DNA of 64,000 bases from the NCBI GenBank assembly GCA_036260075.1, contig DATAAM010000066.1, positions 4,226 through 68,225 of the forward strand, written 5' to 3'. Shown piece after piece: positions 1-10,953 of the stretch (its first letter is position 1; the number at the start of each line of letters is the position of its first letter). The position numbers were made by a program, and so were the translations under genes. This DNA is from Acidimicrobiales bacterium (GTDB lineage: Bacteria > Actinomycetota > Acidimicrobiia > Acidimicrobiales > JAHWLA01). The notes beneath the pieces are model-generated. The model did no database searches. It had not been told where the DNA came from and saw only the letters and a program-made list of their open reading frames with translations.

Positions 1-87
1 CTCGGGCGCGAGGTCGAGGCGGCACATGTGCACGGTCTCGCCCGTCGCGTACGTGCGCGTCTCGTAGTGACGGCAGTCGTGGCGCAT
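1..87 (-). CDS. 5' end of a small Cys/His-rich hypothetical protein; the gene runs off the window start
   Basis: ATG at 87 (minus) opens MRHDCRHYETRTYATGETVHMCRLDLAPE... It is GC3-rich with no stop before position 1. It is absent from the ORF track because it is partial. Confidence 0.4.
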   Translation of the reverse strand, partial: MRHDCRHYETRTYATGETVHMCRLDLAPE

Positions 88-111
88 GGGCACCTGCCCA
101 TGGTAGGAGCG

Positions 112-942
112 TCAGCGGGCTTTCGAGCCGTAGTCGCCGAAGGGATCGTCCCGCTCCCGCACGGCCTGCCGGAACCCCACGTCCTGGGCCCGGGCCACGA
201 AGTCGAGGCCCTCCTTGGTGTGGCGGGCGATGCCGTCGAACAGTGACCCGACCAGGCGGCTCGACGCCATGCCCATGTTCTCCGCCGTCTGGTTGCAGAG
301 CAGCTTGAGCATGACGAGCTGCGTGGTGGGAAGCAGCGCCATCCGCTTGGCGAACGCCATCGCGTGCTCCTGCAGCCGGTCGTCGGGCACCGCCTCCAGG
401 ATCAGCCCCACCCGGGCCGCCTCCGGCGCCGGGATCTCGTCACCGGTGAGCAGGTAGCGCTTGGCCTTCTCCAGCCCCAGCCGGTACACCCACATGGCCG
501 TGGTCGGCGTGCCCCACACCCGCGAGGGCGGATAGCCGAACGACGCCCCTTCCCCGGCGATCACGATGTCGGCGCACAGCACCATGTCGGTGCCGCCCGC
601 GATGCACCACCCCTGCACGGCCGCGATCGTGGGCTTGGCGCAGTACCAGAGCTTCATGTACGTGTCGACGAACCGGGAGATCATGCGGTAGTCGCGCACC
701 GAGTCCCAGTGCTGCTCCTGCGCCTGTGCCTCCGTCGACCAGTCGAGGCCGTAACCCGCGCAGAAGGCGGGCCCCTCCGCTCGCAGGAGAAGCACCCGCA
801 CGTCGTCGTCGGCCTCGGCCTCGTCGACGGCGGCGGCCAGCTCGTCGCGCAGGGCGGGAGTGATCGTGTTGTACTCCGCCGCTCTCGTCAGCACGATCGA
901 GCGGACGCCGTCCTCGGTCTCGGTGCGTAGCGTGGTCCCCAT
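112..942 (-). CDS. enoyl-CoA hydratase/isomerase (crotonase) family protein
   Basis: 276-aa ORF with crotonase-fold motifs LLLRAEGPAFCAGYGLDW and GWCIAGGTDMVLCADIVIAGE. Confidence 0.85.
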   Translation of the reverse strand: MGTTLRTETEDGVRSIVLTRAAEYNTITPALRDELAAAVDEAEADDDVRVLLLRAEGPAFCAGYGLDWSTEAQAQEQHWDSVRDYRMISRFVDTYMKLWYCAKPTIAAVQGWCIAGGTDMVLCADIVIAGEGASFGYPPSRVWGTPTTAMWVYRLGLEKAKRYLLTGDEIPAPEAARVGLILEAVPDDRLQEHAMAFAKRMALLPTTQLVMLKLLCNQTAENMGMASSRLVGSLFDGIARHTKEGLDFVARAQDVGFRQAVRERDDPFGDYGSKAR

Positions 943-962
943 GGGCGCACGCTAATCCGCGC

Positions 963-993
963 TTGACCTCAAGCCCACTTGAGGTCGTACGGT
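963..993 (+). promoter_or_regulatory. MerR-type promoter/operator: -35 TTGACC, 19-nt spacer with dyad, -10 TACGGT
   Basis: TTGACC lies at 963-968 and TACGGT at 988-993, separated by exactly 19 nt. The spacer contains a perfect 9-bp inverted repeat, GACCTCAAG (965-973) / CTTGAGGTC (978-986). The ATG at 1000 lies 7 nt after the -10, so the transcript is probably leaderless. A MerR regulator is encoded in the same operon. Confidence 0.55.
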
Positions 994-999
994 CACGAC

Positions 1000-1302
1000 A
1001 TGGACATCACCTGCAACCTGGTCGGAGCCGACGTCGACGCACAGCTCGGTGCCTGGCGCACCCTCGGTCCCTCGCTGCGGCGGTCGACCACCACCGACGC
1101 CGGGCTCAGCCTGTGGTTCGACGCGGGCGTGGAGTCGGAGCTGCGCGCCGTGGCCGCCAAGGAGGCCGACTGCTGCTCGTTCCTCAGGCTCGACGTGGTG
1201 CCCGACGGCGACGTCGTTCGCCTCGACATCACCACCGAGCTGTCGGACGCCCGCCCCGTGATCGACGCGCTGGGCGAGCTGGTCGGTGCTGTCGATCGGT
1301 GA
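1000..1302 (+). CDS. small Cys-containing hypothetical protein, first gene of the MerR operon
   Basis: Same frame as ORF-track 979..1302. The ATG at 1000 fits the promoter geometry. The product is 100 aa with Cys in ITCNL and ADCCSFL. The 3' end overlaps the merR-family start by 17 nt. Confidence 0.55.
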   Translation: MDITCNLVGADVDAQLGAWRTLGPSLRRSTTTDAGLSLWFDAGVESELRAVAAKEADCCSFLRLDVVPDGDVVRLDITTELSDARPVIDALGELVGAVDR

Positions 1303-1657
1303 GCTGGCGGCACGGTCGGGCGTGGCCGTGTCCGCCATCCGCTACTACGAGGAGCTCGGGCTGTTGCCGCCCGCCGAGCGGGTGAGCGGCCGCAGGCAGT
1401 TCGACGAGGCCGCCGTCGAGCGCCTGCGCGCCATCGGTGCCGCCCAGGAGGCGGGCTTCCAGCTCGCCGAGATCGCCATGCTCTTCGACGGCGCCCGACG
1501 CCACGACCTGGTGCAGGAGAAGCTGGCCGAGGTGCGAGCCCGCATCCGCCGGTTGGAGAAGGTGGCCGCCGCCTTGGAGCGGGCCGCCCAGTGCGGCTGC
1601 TCCTCGCTCGACCACTGCCCGATCGTGCTCAGGCGCCCAGTCCGACGGGGCAGCTGA
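1286..1657 (+). CDS. MerR family transcriptional regulator with a C-terminal CGCSSLDHC cysteine cluster
   Basis: The N-terminal [29 protein letters not shown] is typical of MerR. A coiled-coil region follows, then three Cys at the C-terminus. Confidence 0.85.
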   Translation: MLSIGELAARSGVAVSAIRYYEELGLLPPAERVSGRRQFDEAAVERLRAIGAAQEAGFQLAEIAMLFDGARRHDLVQEKLAEVRARIRRLEKVAAALERAAQCGCSSLDHCPIVLRRPVRRGS

Positions 1658-2279
1658 CGCCCGTCCCCCCGAGCCCGCAGTACCCGTTGGGGTGCTTGTC
1701 GAGGTACTGCTGGTGGTAGTCCTCGGCGTAGTAGAAGGCGGGCGCCGGGCGGATCTCCGTGGTGACGTCGCCGTAGCCCGCCGCCTTCAGCCGCTCCTGG
1801 TACAGCGCCCGGCTCGCCTCGGCGGCGGCCTGCTGCTCCTCGGAGGACGTGTAGATCGCGGACCGGTACTGCGTGCCCACGTCGTTCCCCTGGCGCATGC
1901 CCTGCGTGGGGTCGTGCGCCTCCCAGAAGACGCGAAGCAGCTCTTCGTACGAGACCTCGGACGGGTCGAACACCACGAGCACCACCTCGGCGTGCCCCGT
2001 CAGCCCGCTGCACACCTCTTCGTACGTGGGGTTGGGGGTGAAGCCGCCCGCGTAGCCGACGGCGGTGGTCCACACGCCCGGCGTCTGCCAGAACCTCCGC
2101 TCGGCGCCCCAGAAGCAGCCGAGCCCGAACACCGCCTGCTCCAGCCCTTCGGGGAAGGGAGGTTGCAGCGGCGTGCCGAGCACGGTGTGGCGCTCAGGCA
2201 CGGGGATGGGCGTGTCGCGGCCGGCCAGGGCGGTGTCGGCGCTCGGCAGCTCGGCCTTCCGGTGGCCGAACAGGCTCAC
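1629..2279 (-). CDS. msrA: peptide-methionine (S)-S-oxide reductase MsrA
   Basis: Contains the GCFWGAE active-site motif and TGHAEVV. The product aligns from [27 protein letters not shown] with the E. coli MsrA N-terminus. I therefore chose the GTG at 2279 rather than the ORF-track start at 2321. The GTG overlaps the sufB TGA (GTGA). Confidence 0.9.
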   Translation of the reverse strand: MSLFGHRKAELPSADTALAGRDTPIPVPERHTVLGTPLQPPFPEGLEQAVFGLGCFWGAERRFWQTPGVWTTAVGYAGGFTPNPTYEEVCSGLTGHAEVVLVVFDPSEVSYEELLRVFWEAHDPTQGMRQGNDVGTQYRSAIYTSSEEQQAAAEASRALYQERLKAAGYGDVTTEIRPAPAFYYAEDYHQQYLDKHPNGYCGLGGTGVSCPVGLGA

Positions 2280-3673
2280 CCGACCGAGCCCTCCATCTGG
2301 AGCTCGATGAGCCGGCTCCACTCCACCGCGTACTCCATGGGCAGCGTGCGGGTGACGGGTTCGATGAAGCCGTTGACGATCATGCTCATGGCCTGCTGCT
2401 CGGAGAGGCCGCGCGACATCAGGTAGAAGAGCTGGTCGTCACCGACCTTGGAGACGGTGGCCTCGTGGCCGATCTGGGCGTCCTTCTCCTCGATCTCCAT
2501 GTAGGGATAGGTGTCGGACCGGCTCTCGTCGTCGAGGATCAGCGCGTCGCAGCGCACGAAGCTCTTGCAGCGCTCGGCGCCCTCCTCCACCCGCACGAGG
2601 CCTCGGTACGAGGTGCGGCCGCCGTCCTTGGAGATCGACTTGGACACGATGGTCGAGGTGGTCTCCGGCGCGGCGTGCACCATCTTGGCGCCCGCGTCCT
2701 GGTGCTGGCCCGGGCCCGCGTAAGCCACGGACAGCACCTCGCCGGACGCCTTCGGCCCCATCAGGTAGACGGCCGGGTACTTCATCGTGAGGCGCGAGCC
2801 GATGTTGCCGTCGATCCACTCCATGTGGGCCTCGGCCTCGCAGCGGGCCCGCTTGGTGACGAGGTTGAAGACGTTGTTCGACCAGTTCTGGATGGTGGTG
2901 TACGTGCACCGCCCGCCCGGCTTCACGATGATCTCGACCACGGCCGAGTGCAGCGAGTCGGACGTGTACACCGGCGCCGAGCAGCCCTCGATGTTGTGCA
3001 CCTGAGCGCCCTCGTCGACGATGATCAGCGTGCGCTCGAACTGGCCCATGTTCTCGGCGTTGATGCGGAAGTAGGCCTGGAGCGGCATCTCCACCTTCAC
3101 GCCCGGCGGAACGTAGATGAACGACCCGCCCGACCACACCGCCGAGTTGAGCGCCGAGAACTTGTTGTCGTTGGGCGGGATCACCGTGCCGAAGTACGCC
3201 CGCACGATCTCGGGGTGCTCGCGGAGCGCGGTGTCCATGTCGGTGAACAGGACGCCTTGCGCCTCGAGGTCCTCGCGGTTGCGGTGGTAGACGACCTCGG
3301 ACTCGTACTGCGCGGTGACGCCGGCCAGGTACTTGCGCTCGGCCTCGGGGATGCCGAGCTTCTCGTAGGTGGCCTTCACCGAGTCGGGCAGCTCGTCCCA
3401 GCTGTTGACCTGCTTCTCGGTGGGCTTGATGTAGTAGTAGATGTCGTCGAAGTAGATCTCCGACATGTCGCCGCCCCAGTTGGGCATGGGCCGGCGCTCG
3501 AAGTGGCGCAGCGCCTTCAGGCGGAGCTCACGCATCCAGTCGGGCTCGCCCTTCATCCACGACATCTCCTTGACGATGTCGGCGGTGAGCCCTCGCTTGG
3601 GCTTGAAGACGTAGTCCTCGACGTCGCTCCAGCCCAGCTTGTAGCGCCCCAGATCGAGGTCGGTGGTGGCCAT
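2276..3673 (-). CDS. sufB: Fe-S cluster assembly protein SufB
   Basis: 465 aa with characteristic SufB sequence throughout, for example [39 protein letters not shown] and [22 protein letters not shown]. Confidence 0.95.
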   Translation of the reverse strand: MATTDLDLGRYKLGWSDVEDYVFKPKRGLTADIVKEMSWMKGEPDWMRELRLKALRHFERRPMPNWGGDMSEIYFDDIYYYIKPTEKQVNSWDELPDSVKATYEKLGIPEAERKYLAGVTAQYESEVVYHRNREDLEAQGVLFTDMDTALREHPEIVRAYFGTVIPPNDNKFSALNSAVWSGGSFIYVPPGVKVEMPLQAYFRINAENMGQFERTLIIVDEGAQVHNIEGCSAPVYTSDSLHSAVVEIIVKPGGRCTYTTIQNWSNNVFNLVTKRARCEAEAHMEWIDGNIGSRLTMKYPAVYLMGPKASGEVLSVAYAGPGQHQDAGAKMVHAAPETTSTIVSKSISKDGGRTSYRGLVRVEEGAERCKSFVRCDALILDDESRSDTYPYMEIEEKDAQIGHEATVSKVGDDQLFYLMSRGLSEQQAMSMIVNGFIEPVTRTLPMEYAVEWSRLIELQMEGSVG

Positions 3674-3864
3674 GACGGCGATCAGCTCCCTGGCAGGCGC
3701 AGCACGCCCGGTCGGTGAATTTCTCCTACGCAGATAGTAACAATCCGGCTACGCTCCATCATCCCCGGCACCCTGCCGATGCAAGCAGCGTGGCGGGTGC
3801 CACACTTGGTTGACCGGCCGGCCGGCGGGGAACAGCGTCCCCACCGTTCGGCGTTGGAGAAGAC

Positions 3865-4125
3865 ATGCACGAGCTGCTCGACGAGATCGGAGCCTGGCGG
3901 AAGGCCCTCCGCACGGAGACCTACCTCAGCCCGTCCCGAGCGCAGGACCGCCTGTTCACCCTCTGGGGCGAGCTGCGCGACACGCCGGGGGCCGCCATGG
4001 TCGAGCGGTGGCTCAGCCTCACGATCGAGCGTGACCTGTTCTCGGCCGTCGAGCTGGTCGAGTTCCTCGACGAGCTGGAGGCCTACCTCAAGCTGCACCA
4101 CTCGTCGCAGCCTGCATCCCGTTAA
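3865..4125 (+). CDS. hypothetical small protein (86 aa) upstream of the methyltransferase
   Basis: The ATG is preceded by GGAGAAGAC, a good SD with good spacing. The composition is protein-like and acidic/helical. I recognise no family. Confidence 0.5.
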   Translation: MHELLDEIGAWRKALRTETYLSPSRAQDRLFTLWGELRDTPGAAMVERWLSLTIERDLFSAVELVEFLDELEAYLKLHHSSQPASR

Positions 4126-4155
4126 GCGTCACACCCCCTGCGTACGCTGTCCTTC

Positions 4156-5499
4156 GTGACCGTACGACGCCGCGCCACCGCCACCTCGGCCTTCGGCGTG
4201 GGCAAGCGCGAGAACCACGACGCTCGGGGCTTCTACGCCCGCTTCACGCCGCCCGCGGTCACCAAGGACGAAACGGTCAACCCGCCCGATCCCGCCTCGC
4301 TCGACCGCATCGTCTGCGGCGACGCCCGGTCCATGAAGGAGGTGGCCGACGCCTCCGTCGCCCTCGTCGTCACCTCGCCGCCCTACTTCGCGGGCAAGGA
4401 GTACGAGACCGCCCTCGGCCAAGGGCACGTGCCCGCCTCCTACTTGGAGTACCTGGAGATGCTCCACGACGTCTTCCTGGAGTGCCGGCGCGTGCTGGAG
4501 CCGGGCGGGCGCATCGCCGTCAACGTGGCCAACCTCGGGCGCAAGCCCTACCGGTCGCTGTCGGCCGACGTGATCTCGATCCTCCAAGACGACCTCGGCC
4601 TGCTGCTGCGGGGCGAGATCGTGTGGCACAAGGCGCGGGGGGCGTCTGGCAGCTGCGCCTGGGGGTCGTTCCAGAGCGCCTCCAACCCGGTGCTGCGCGA
4701 CCTCACCGAGCGCATCGTCGTGGCGGGCAAGGGACGGCTCGACCGGGCCGTCAAGCGGCCGGAGCGGGCCAAGCGGGGCCTCCCGGCGGTGGCCACCATC
4801 TCCACCGACGAGTTCATGGAGGCCACGCTCGACGTGTGGGAGATCCCGCCGGAGAGCGCCACCCGGGTGGGGCACCCGGCCCCGTTCCCGGTGGAGCTCC
4901 CCCGCCGGGTCATCGAGCTCTACACCTACGAGGGCGACCTCGTGCTCGACCCGTTCATGGGCTCGGGCAGCACCGCCGTGGCCGCCGTGCGCAGCGGTCG
5001 CCACTACGTGGGCTACGACACCGACCCCGAGTACGTGGCCGCCGCCGAAGCCCGGGTGGCACGGGAGGGCCGGGAGCCGTCTGTGCCTTCCGGGAGCGCG
5101 GTCGACGCCGCCAAGGCCCTGCTGCGCGAGGCGGGCCTCCACGTGCCCGATCCCCCACCGCGTCGCTCCGAGGCCGACCTCGTGGCCGTCGACCGCCAAG
5201 GCGGCGAGTGGCACGTGTTGGTGGCGGGCGGCTTCGGCACAGTGCGGGGCGGCCTGCGTCGGGCCGACGTGCTGTGGCGCACGTTGGGCCGGGCGGCCAC
5301 CTTGGCCCAGGCCGTGGGCGCCCAACGCGTGCTCGTGCTCACCACGGAGGCGCCGGTCCGCTCCACGGCGGGGGCCGCCGCCGTCCGCTCGTTGCAGGGG
5401 ATCGCCTTCGCCCACGTGCTGGTGCTGGGCGACCCGGCCGCCGTCGAGCAGCTGCAGGCACTCGTGCCCGCCGGCCGCGGGCGTCGCCGCCGCTCCTGA
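4156..5499 (+). CDS. site-specific DNA methyltransferase (beta-class N4/N6 type, SPPY motif) with an extra C-terminal domain
   Basis: Motif IV TSPPYFAGKEY precedes motif I DLVLDPFMGSGSTAVAA, which is the beta-class permutation. About 120 aa of unassigned C-terminal sequence follow. The start is GTG. Confidence 0.9.
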   Translation: MTVRRRATATSAFGVGKRENHDARGFYARFTPPAVTKDETVNPPDPASLDRIVCGDARSMKEVADASVALVVTSPPYFAGKEYETALGQGHVPASYLEYLEMLHDVFLECRRVLEPGGRIAVNVANLGRKPYRSLSADVISILQDDLGLLLRGEIVWHKARGASGSCAWGSFQSASNPVLRDLTERIVVAGKGRLDRAVKRPERAKRGLPAVATISTDEFMEATLDVWEIPPESATRVGHPAPFPVELPRRVIELYTYEGDLVLDPFMGSGSTAVAAVRSGRHYVGYDTDPEYVAAAEARVAREGREPSVPSGSAVDAAKALLREAGLHVPDPPPRRSEADLVAVDRQGGEWHVLVAGGFGTVRGGLRRADVLWRTLGRAATLAQAVGAQRVLVLTTEAPVRSTAGAAAVRSLQGIAFAHVLVLGDPAAVEQLQALVPAGRGRRRRS

Positions 5500-5503
5500 T
5501 CGC

Positions 5504-6515
5504 ATGCCGGCAGTGCGCACCGAGGTCACCGAGCTGGTGACGGGCCTCGGCATGCTCGGGCTGTCGTCGGTCGAGGCGGCGGTGGCGGCGCGCCCCGAGC
5601 AGCTCCACAACGTGCCAGGCGAGGTGTGGGACCGGGTGGTGGCGGGCGTGGCCGACCGCCGCTACCGCCAGGAGGTGGCCGCGGCCTGGGCCAACGGCCA
5701 GGCGTTCCTGGCCGCGGCACAGGGGCTGCGGGGGCGGCGGCCCCTGCTGGTGGAGTGGCGGGGGCCCACCAAGGCACCGGGCGACGAGGTGGTGCCCGCC
5801 GACCTGCGGGTCGACCACGTCTACCTGGTGAGCTGCAAGTACCTGTCGCGGGTGCTGGCCAACGCCTCGCCGTGGCACGTGTTCGAGCACCTGTTGCGGG
5901 GCGGGCCGCGGGCGCGGGCGGGCGACTGGTTCGCCGAGGTGGCCCCCGAGGCCTACCAGTCGCTGTACGCGGCGGCGCGGCTGGCGCTCCCGGGCGACCT
6001 CGGGCTGCCGCCGTACGCCGCCGACCTCACGCCTGCCCACCGAGCGGTGCTGCGGCAGGCGCTGGCGGCCCGGCAATGGCCTGCGGAGGTGCAGCCCGCG
6101 GCGCGGGCGTGGGCCTGCGAGGTGGCGCGGGCGTCGGCGGCGCGGTGGCGGGCGGCGCTCTCCTCCAAGGCCGAGAAGGAGGCGATGCTGTGGCGGCTGC
6201 TGCGCATCGGCAGCGGCCCCCTACTTCGTGCTGGGCACCGGCGACGAGCGGCCGCTGCGCCTCCGCATCGCCACGCCGTGGGACTGGCGCCAGGCTTGGG
6301 ACCTGCGCCGCTTCGACGTGTGGGGCGACGAGGCGGGCCAGCCGGTGGTGCGGTGGACGGCCGTGGTGCGCGACCGGCGCACGGCCGAGGACCACGGGGT
6401 GGAAGGCCACGTCGAGGTGCGCTGGAGCCACGGCCGCTTCGCGGGCCGGCCCGAGGCCAAGGTCTACCTCGACACCCCCCACCACCGCGTGCCCGGCTAC
6501 GTCACCATCGCCTGA
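5504..6515 (+). pseudogene. frameshifted partner gene of the methyltransferase; candidate restriction nuclease (PD-(D/E)XK-like VDHVYLVSCKY)
   Basis: The frame of ORF 5504.. is protein-like up to ...LWRLLRIGSGP, then turns into Arg/Pro-rich nonsense. The frame of ORF 6228..6515 continues protein-like (YFVLGTGDERPLRLRIATPWDW...). The switch occurs at a C5 run (6217-6221), and deleting one C joins the two parts. The start is 4 nt after the methyltransferase stop. Confidence 0.6.
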
Positions 6516-6554
6516 CCCCCCGCCCCCACTTTTCTCCGCAAATACGGGCCTAGG

Positions 6555-6579
6555 TGTACTGACCACGACCCTTGTTGAC
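6555..6579. repeat. left terminal inverted repeat of the IS481-family element
   Basis: TGTACTGACCACGACCCTTGTTGAC matches the reverse complement of 7573-7597 at 19 of 25 positions. The outer 10 and inner 8 positions are perfect. Confidence 0.8.
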
Positions 6580-6660
6580 AGGAAGGGTCCGCCGATGAGG
6601 TGAGCCCCCGCGGCGAGTGTGGAGCTGTCTAACGGCACCCACTCGCACACGGAGGCTCCC

Positions 6661-7602
6661 ATGCACGGTAACGCCCGACTCACCCCGCTCGGCCGACTGG
6701 CGCTCGTGATGCGCATCGAGTCGGGACGACCGGTCGCCCACGTCGCTGCCGAGATGGCCGTCTCGAGGCCCACGGCCTACAAGTGGTGGCGCCGCTGGCG
6801 CGTCGAGGGCGTGGCGGGGCTGGCAGATCGGCCCAGCCGGGCCCTCCGGTGCCCGCACAGGACGGACCCGGCCACCGAGGCGGCCGTCGCCCAGCTGCGC
6901 CGGGAGCTCAAGCTCGGCCCGGTGCGAATCGCCGCCCGCCTCGGCCTCGTCGCCTCCACCGTGCACCGCGTGCTGTGTCGGCTCGGTCTCAACAGGCTGT
7001 CGTGGCTCGACCGACCCACCGGTCGCGTGATCCGGCGCATCGAGACCACGCGCCCGGGCGAGTTGGTCCACGTCGACGTGAAGAAGCTGGGCCGCATCCC
7101 CGACGGTGGCGGCTGGCGTGTGCGCGGCCGCTCCGCGGAGACCCACCACAGGAACCACCGCGTCGGCTACGCCTACCTCCACAGCGCCGTCGACGCCCAC
7201 AGCCGCCTGGCCTACACCGAGGCCCTCGACGACGAGCGGGCGCCGACCTGCGCCGCCTTCTGGCGGCGGGCCGCCGGGTTCTTCGCAGGTCACGGGATCG
7301 CCGTCGAGGCCGTGCTCACCGACAACGCCTGGGCCTACCGGTTCCGTCGGTTCGCCGAGGCGCTCGACGGGGTCGAGCACCGCTTCATCCGGCCGCACCG
7401 GCCGCAGACCAACGGCAAGGTGGAGCGCTTCCATCGCACCCTGGCCGAGGAGTGGGCCTACGTCCGGCCCTACTCCTCGGAGGCCGAGCGGCTCGCCGCA
7501 CTGGACGAGTGGCTCCACGTCTACAACCATCACCGGCACCACACCGCCGTCGGCGGCCCGCCCATCAGCCGCGTCAACAACGCGGCGGGTCAGTACACCT
7601 AG
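6661..7602 (+). CDS. IS481 family transposase (DDE, integrase core)
   Basis: MHGNARLTPLGRLALV..., HTH region, HVDVKKLG, YLHSAVDAHSRLAY and RPQTNGKVERFHRTL are typical of IS481-family transposases. I prefer the ATG at 6661 to the GTG at 6619. The stop TAG lies in the CTAG junction. Confidence 0.9.
   Translation: MHGNARLTPLGRLALVMRIESGRPVAHVAAEMAVSRPTAYKWWRRWRVEGVAGLADRPSRALRCPHRTDPATEAAVAQLRRELKLGPVRIAARLGLVASTVHRVLCRLGLNRLSWLDRPTGRVIRRIETTRPGELVHVDVKKLGRIPDGGGWRVRGRSAETHHRNHRVGYAYLHSAVDAHSRLAYTEALDDERAPTCAAFWRRAAGFFAGHGIAVEAVLTDNAWAYRFRRFAEALDGVEHRFIRPHRPQTNGKVERFHRTLAEEWAYVRPYSSEAERLAALDEWLHVYNHHRHHTAVGGPPISRVNNAAGQYT
7573..7597. repeat. right terminal inverted repeat of the IS481-family element
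   Basis: GTCAACAACGCGGCGGGTCAGTACA is the reverse complement partner of 6555-6579. Confidence 0.8.
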
Positions 7603-7787
7603 GGCGCCGGATCCGCGAAGAAAACGGTGCCGTCAGGACCGAAGAGCTCGGCGGCCATGGCCTCGGCCGCCGGCCCTTCGTCGGGGCCGCCCACGAAGCC
7701 CGCCGCCCGCACCCCCTCGGTCCGCAATGCCGCCACCCGATCGGCCACGGCCTCCGCATCCGCACCCAGCACGACGACGCCGCTCAT
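7599..7787 (-). CDS. hypothetical small protein (62 aa), translationally coupled to the upstream gene
   Basis: The ATG at 7787 overlaps the TGA of the upstream gene (ATGA). The product is MSGVVVLGADAEAVADRVAALRTEGVRAAGF... Its stop TAG is the CTAG at the IS junction. Confidence 0.45.
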   Translation of the reverse strand: MSGVVVLGADAEAVADRVAALRTEGVRAAGFVGGPDEGPAAEAMAAELFGPDGTVFFADPAP

Positions 7788-8371
7788 TCCACCCCGGCTC
7801 GGCCTTCCACGGCGTCGGCCATCTCGCGCAGCACGAGGGCGGCCTCGGCGGTGGCCTCGGGCGAGCCCCACGTGCCGTCGGGGCGCTGCGTCTCACACAG
7901 CAGGTCGGCCACCCGCTCCGTCGTGGCCAGGAAGGCCTCGTCGCCGGTGACGCTGTAGAGCAGGGCGGCACCCCAGCCCACCCGCCACGCCTCCGGGCCG
8001 TCCCACACGTCGTCGCCCAGCGCCACCACCAGGTCGTGCAGCTCGACGGCGGCGTCGAGGTCGGCGTCGTCGCCCCACAGCTCGAAGGCCCGGGCCAGGA
8101 ACCCCACCGCCGTCCCCAACATGCCGAAGGGCTGCGGGCCCGCGTGCGCCGCCACCACCAGGCCGGGCGCCGCCGACACGCCGGGCACGTCGTCGGGCTG
8201 CGACTCCACCACCGAGCGGCACACCCGGGCCGCCTCGCGAGCCGTCGCCTCGTCGCCCGCGTCCAGCGCCGCCAGCCCGGCCACCGCCGAGCGCAGGTCG
8301 CCGTCCACCACCTTCGGGGCCGCCGAGCCGGCCCGGCGACGCCACTCCTCCGGCGTGGTGACCGCCCGCAC
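7784..8371 (-). CDS. prenyltransferase/terpene-cyclase-like (alpha-alpha toroid repeat) protein
   Basis: 195 aa. The segment AALLYSVTGDEAFLATTERVADLLCETQRPDGTWG resembles the squalene-cyclase/prenyltransferase repeat. The start is GTG. Confidence 0.6.
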   Translation of the reverse strand: MRAVTTPEEWRRRAGSAAPKVVDGDLRSAVAGLAALDAGDEATAREAARVCRSVVESQPDDVPGVSAAPGLVVAAHAGPQPFGMLGTAVGFLARAFELWGDDADLDAAVELHDLVVALGDDVWDGPEAWRVGWGAALLYSVTGDEAFLATTERVADLLCETQRPDGTWGSPEATAEAALVLREMADAVEGRAGVE

Positions 8372-8375
8372 GGCC

Positions 8376-8894
8376 TCAGCCCACCCGCCGCAGCTCGGCC
8401 CGGTAGCGGCGACCGTTCTCGACGTAGAGGGCGACCCCCCGGCGCACGAACCCCTCGGCCACCGCGTCCGTGCGCAGCGAGGCGGGGACGCCCAGCGCCA
8501 TGGCGAACGACGGCACCTCCATGCCGTTGGGCACCAACGCCCCCGCGCCGACCAGCGCGTGCGAGCGAACCACCGCCTCGTGCAGCACGACCGATCCCGA
8601 GCCCACCAGCGAGAACGGCTCGACGGTGCAGCCTTCGAGGTGGGCGACGTGCCCGACGATGCAGTCGCTCCCGATCACCGTGGCCAGCTCGGCGGTGGCG
8701 TGCACCACCGTGCCGTCCTGCACGGAGGTGCGCGGCCCCACCTCGATGCGCCCGTAGTCGCCGCGCAGCACGGCACCGGGCCACACCGACGCCTCGGGGC
8801 CGATCGACACGTCGCCGATGACGACGGCGTCGGGATGCACGAAGGCTTCGGCCGAGACCTCGGGTGTGCGGTCGCCGATCGCGTACAGCGGCAT
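8376..8894 (-). CDS. gamma carbonic anhydrase family protein (left-handed beta-helix, PaaY/YrdA-like)
   Basis: The ATG at 8894 gives MPLYAIGDRTPEVSAEAFVHPDAVVIGDVSIG... with hexapeptide repeats and the HLEGCTVE motif. The longer track ORF from 9068 has a non-protein-like N-terminus. Confidence 0.85.
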   Translation of the reverse strand: MPLYAIGDRTPEVSAEAFVHPDAVVIGDVSIGPEASVWPGAVLRGDYGRIEVGPRTSVQDGTVVHATAELATVIGSDCIVGHVAHLEGCTVEPFSLVGSGSVVLHEAVVRSHALVGAGALVPNGMEVPSFAMALGVPASLRTDAVAEGFVRRGVALYVENGRRYRAELRRVG

Positions 8895-8913
8895 GGGGTG
8901 ACAGGCTACGTGG

Positions 8914-10949
<2,036 letters not shown>

Positions 10950-10953
<4 letters not shown>

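Larger units (their letters stand above)
6549..7603 (+). mobile_element. IS481-family insertion sequence flanked by duplicated CCTAGG
   Basis: A single DDE transposase ORF lies between terminal inverted repeats that start TGTACTGACC. CCTAGG is present at both junctions (6549-6554 and 7598-7603), which is consistent with the NCTAGN target duplication known for IS481. Confidence 0.85.

Noticed and set aside
6619-6660. An N-terminal extension of the transposase (track start GTG 6619, MELSNGTHSHTEAP).
   Set aside because: IS481-family transposases typically begin at the conserved M-x-x-N-A-R-L-T-P segment, so the ATG at 6661 is preferred. The extension cannot be excluded.
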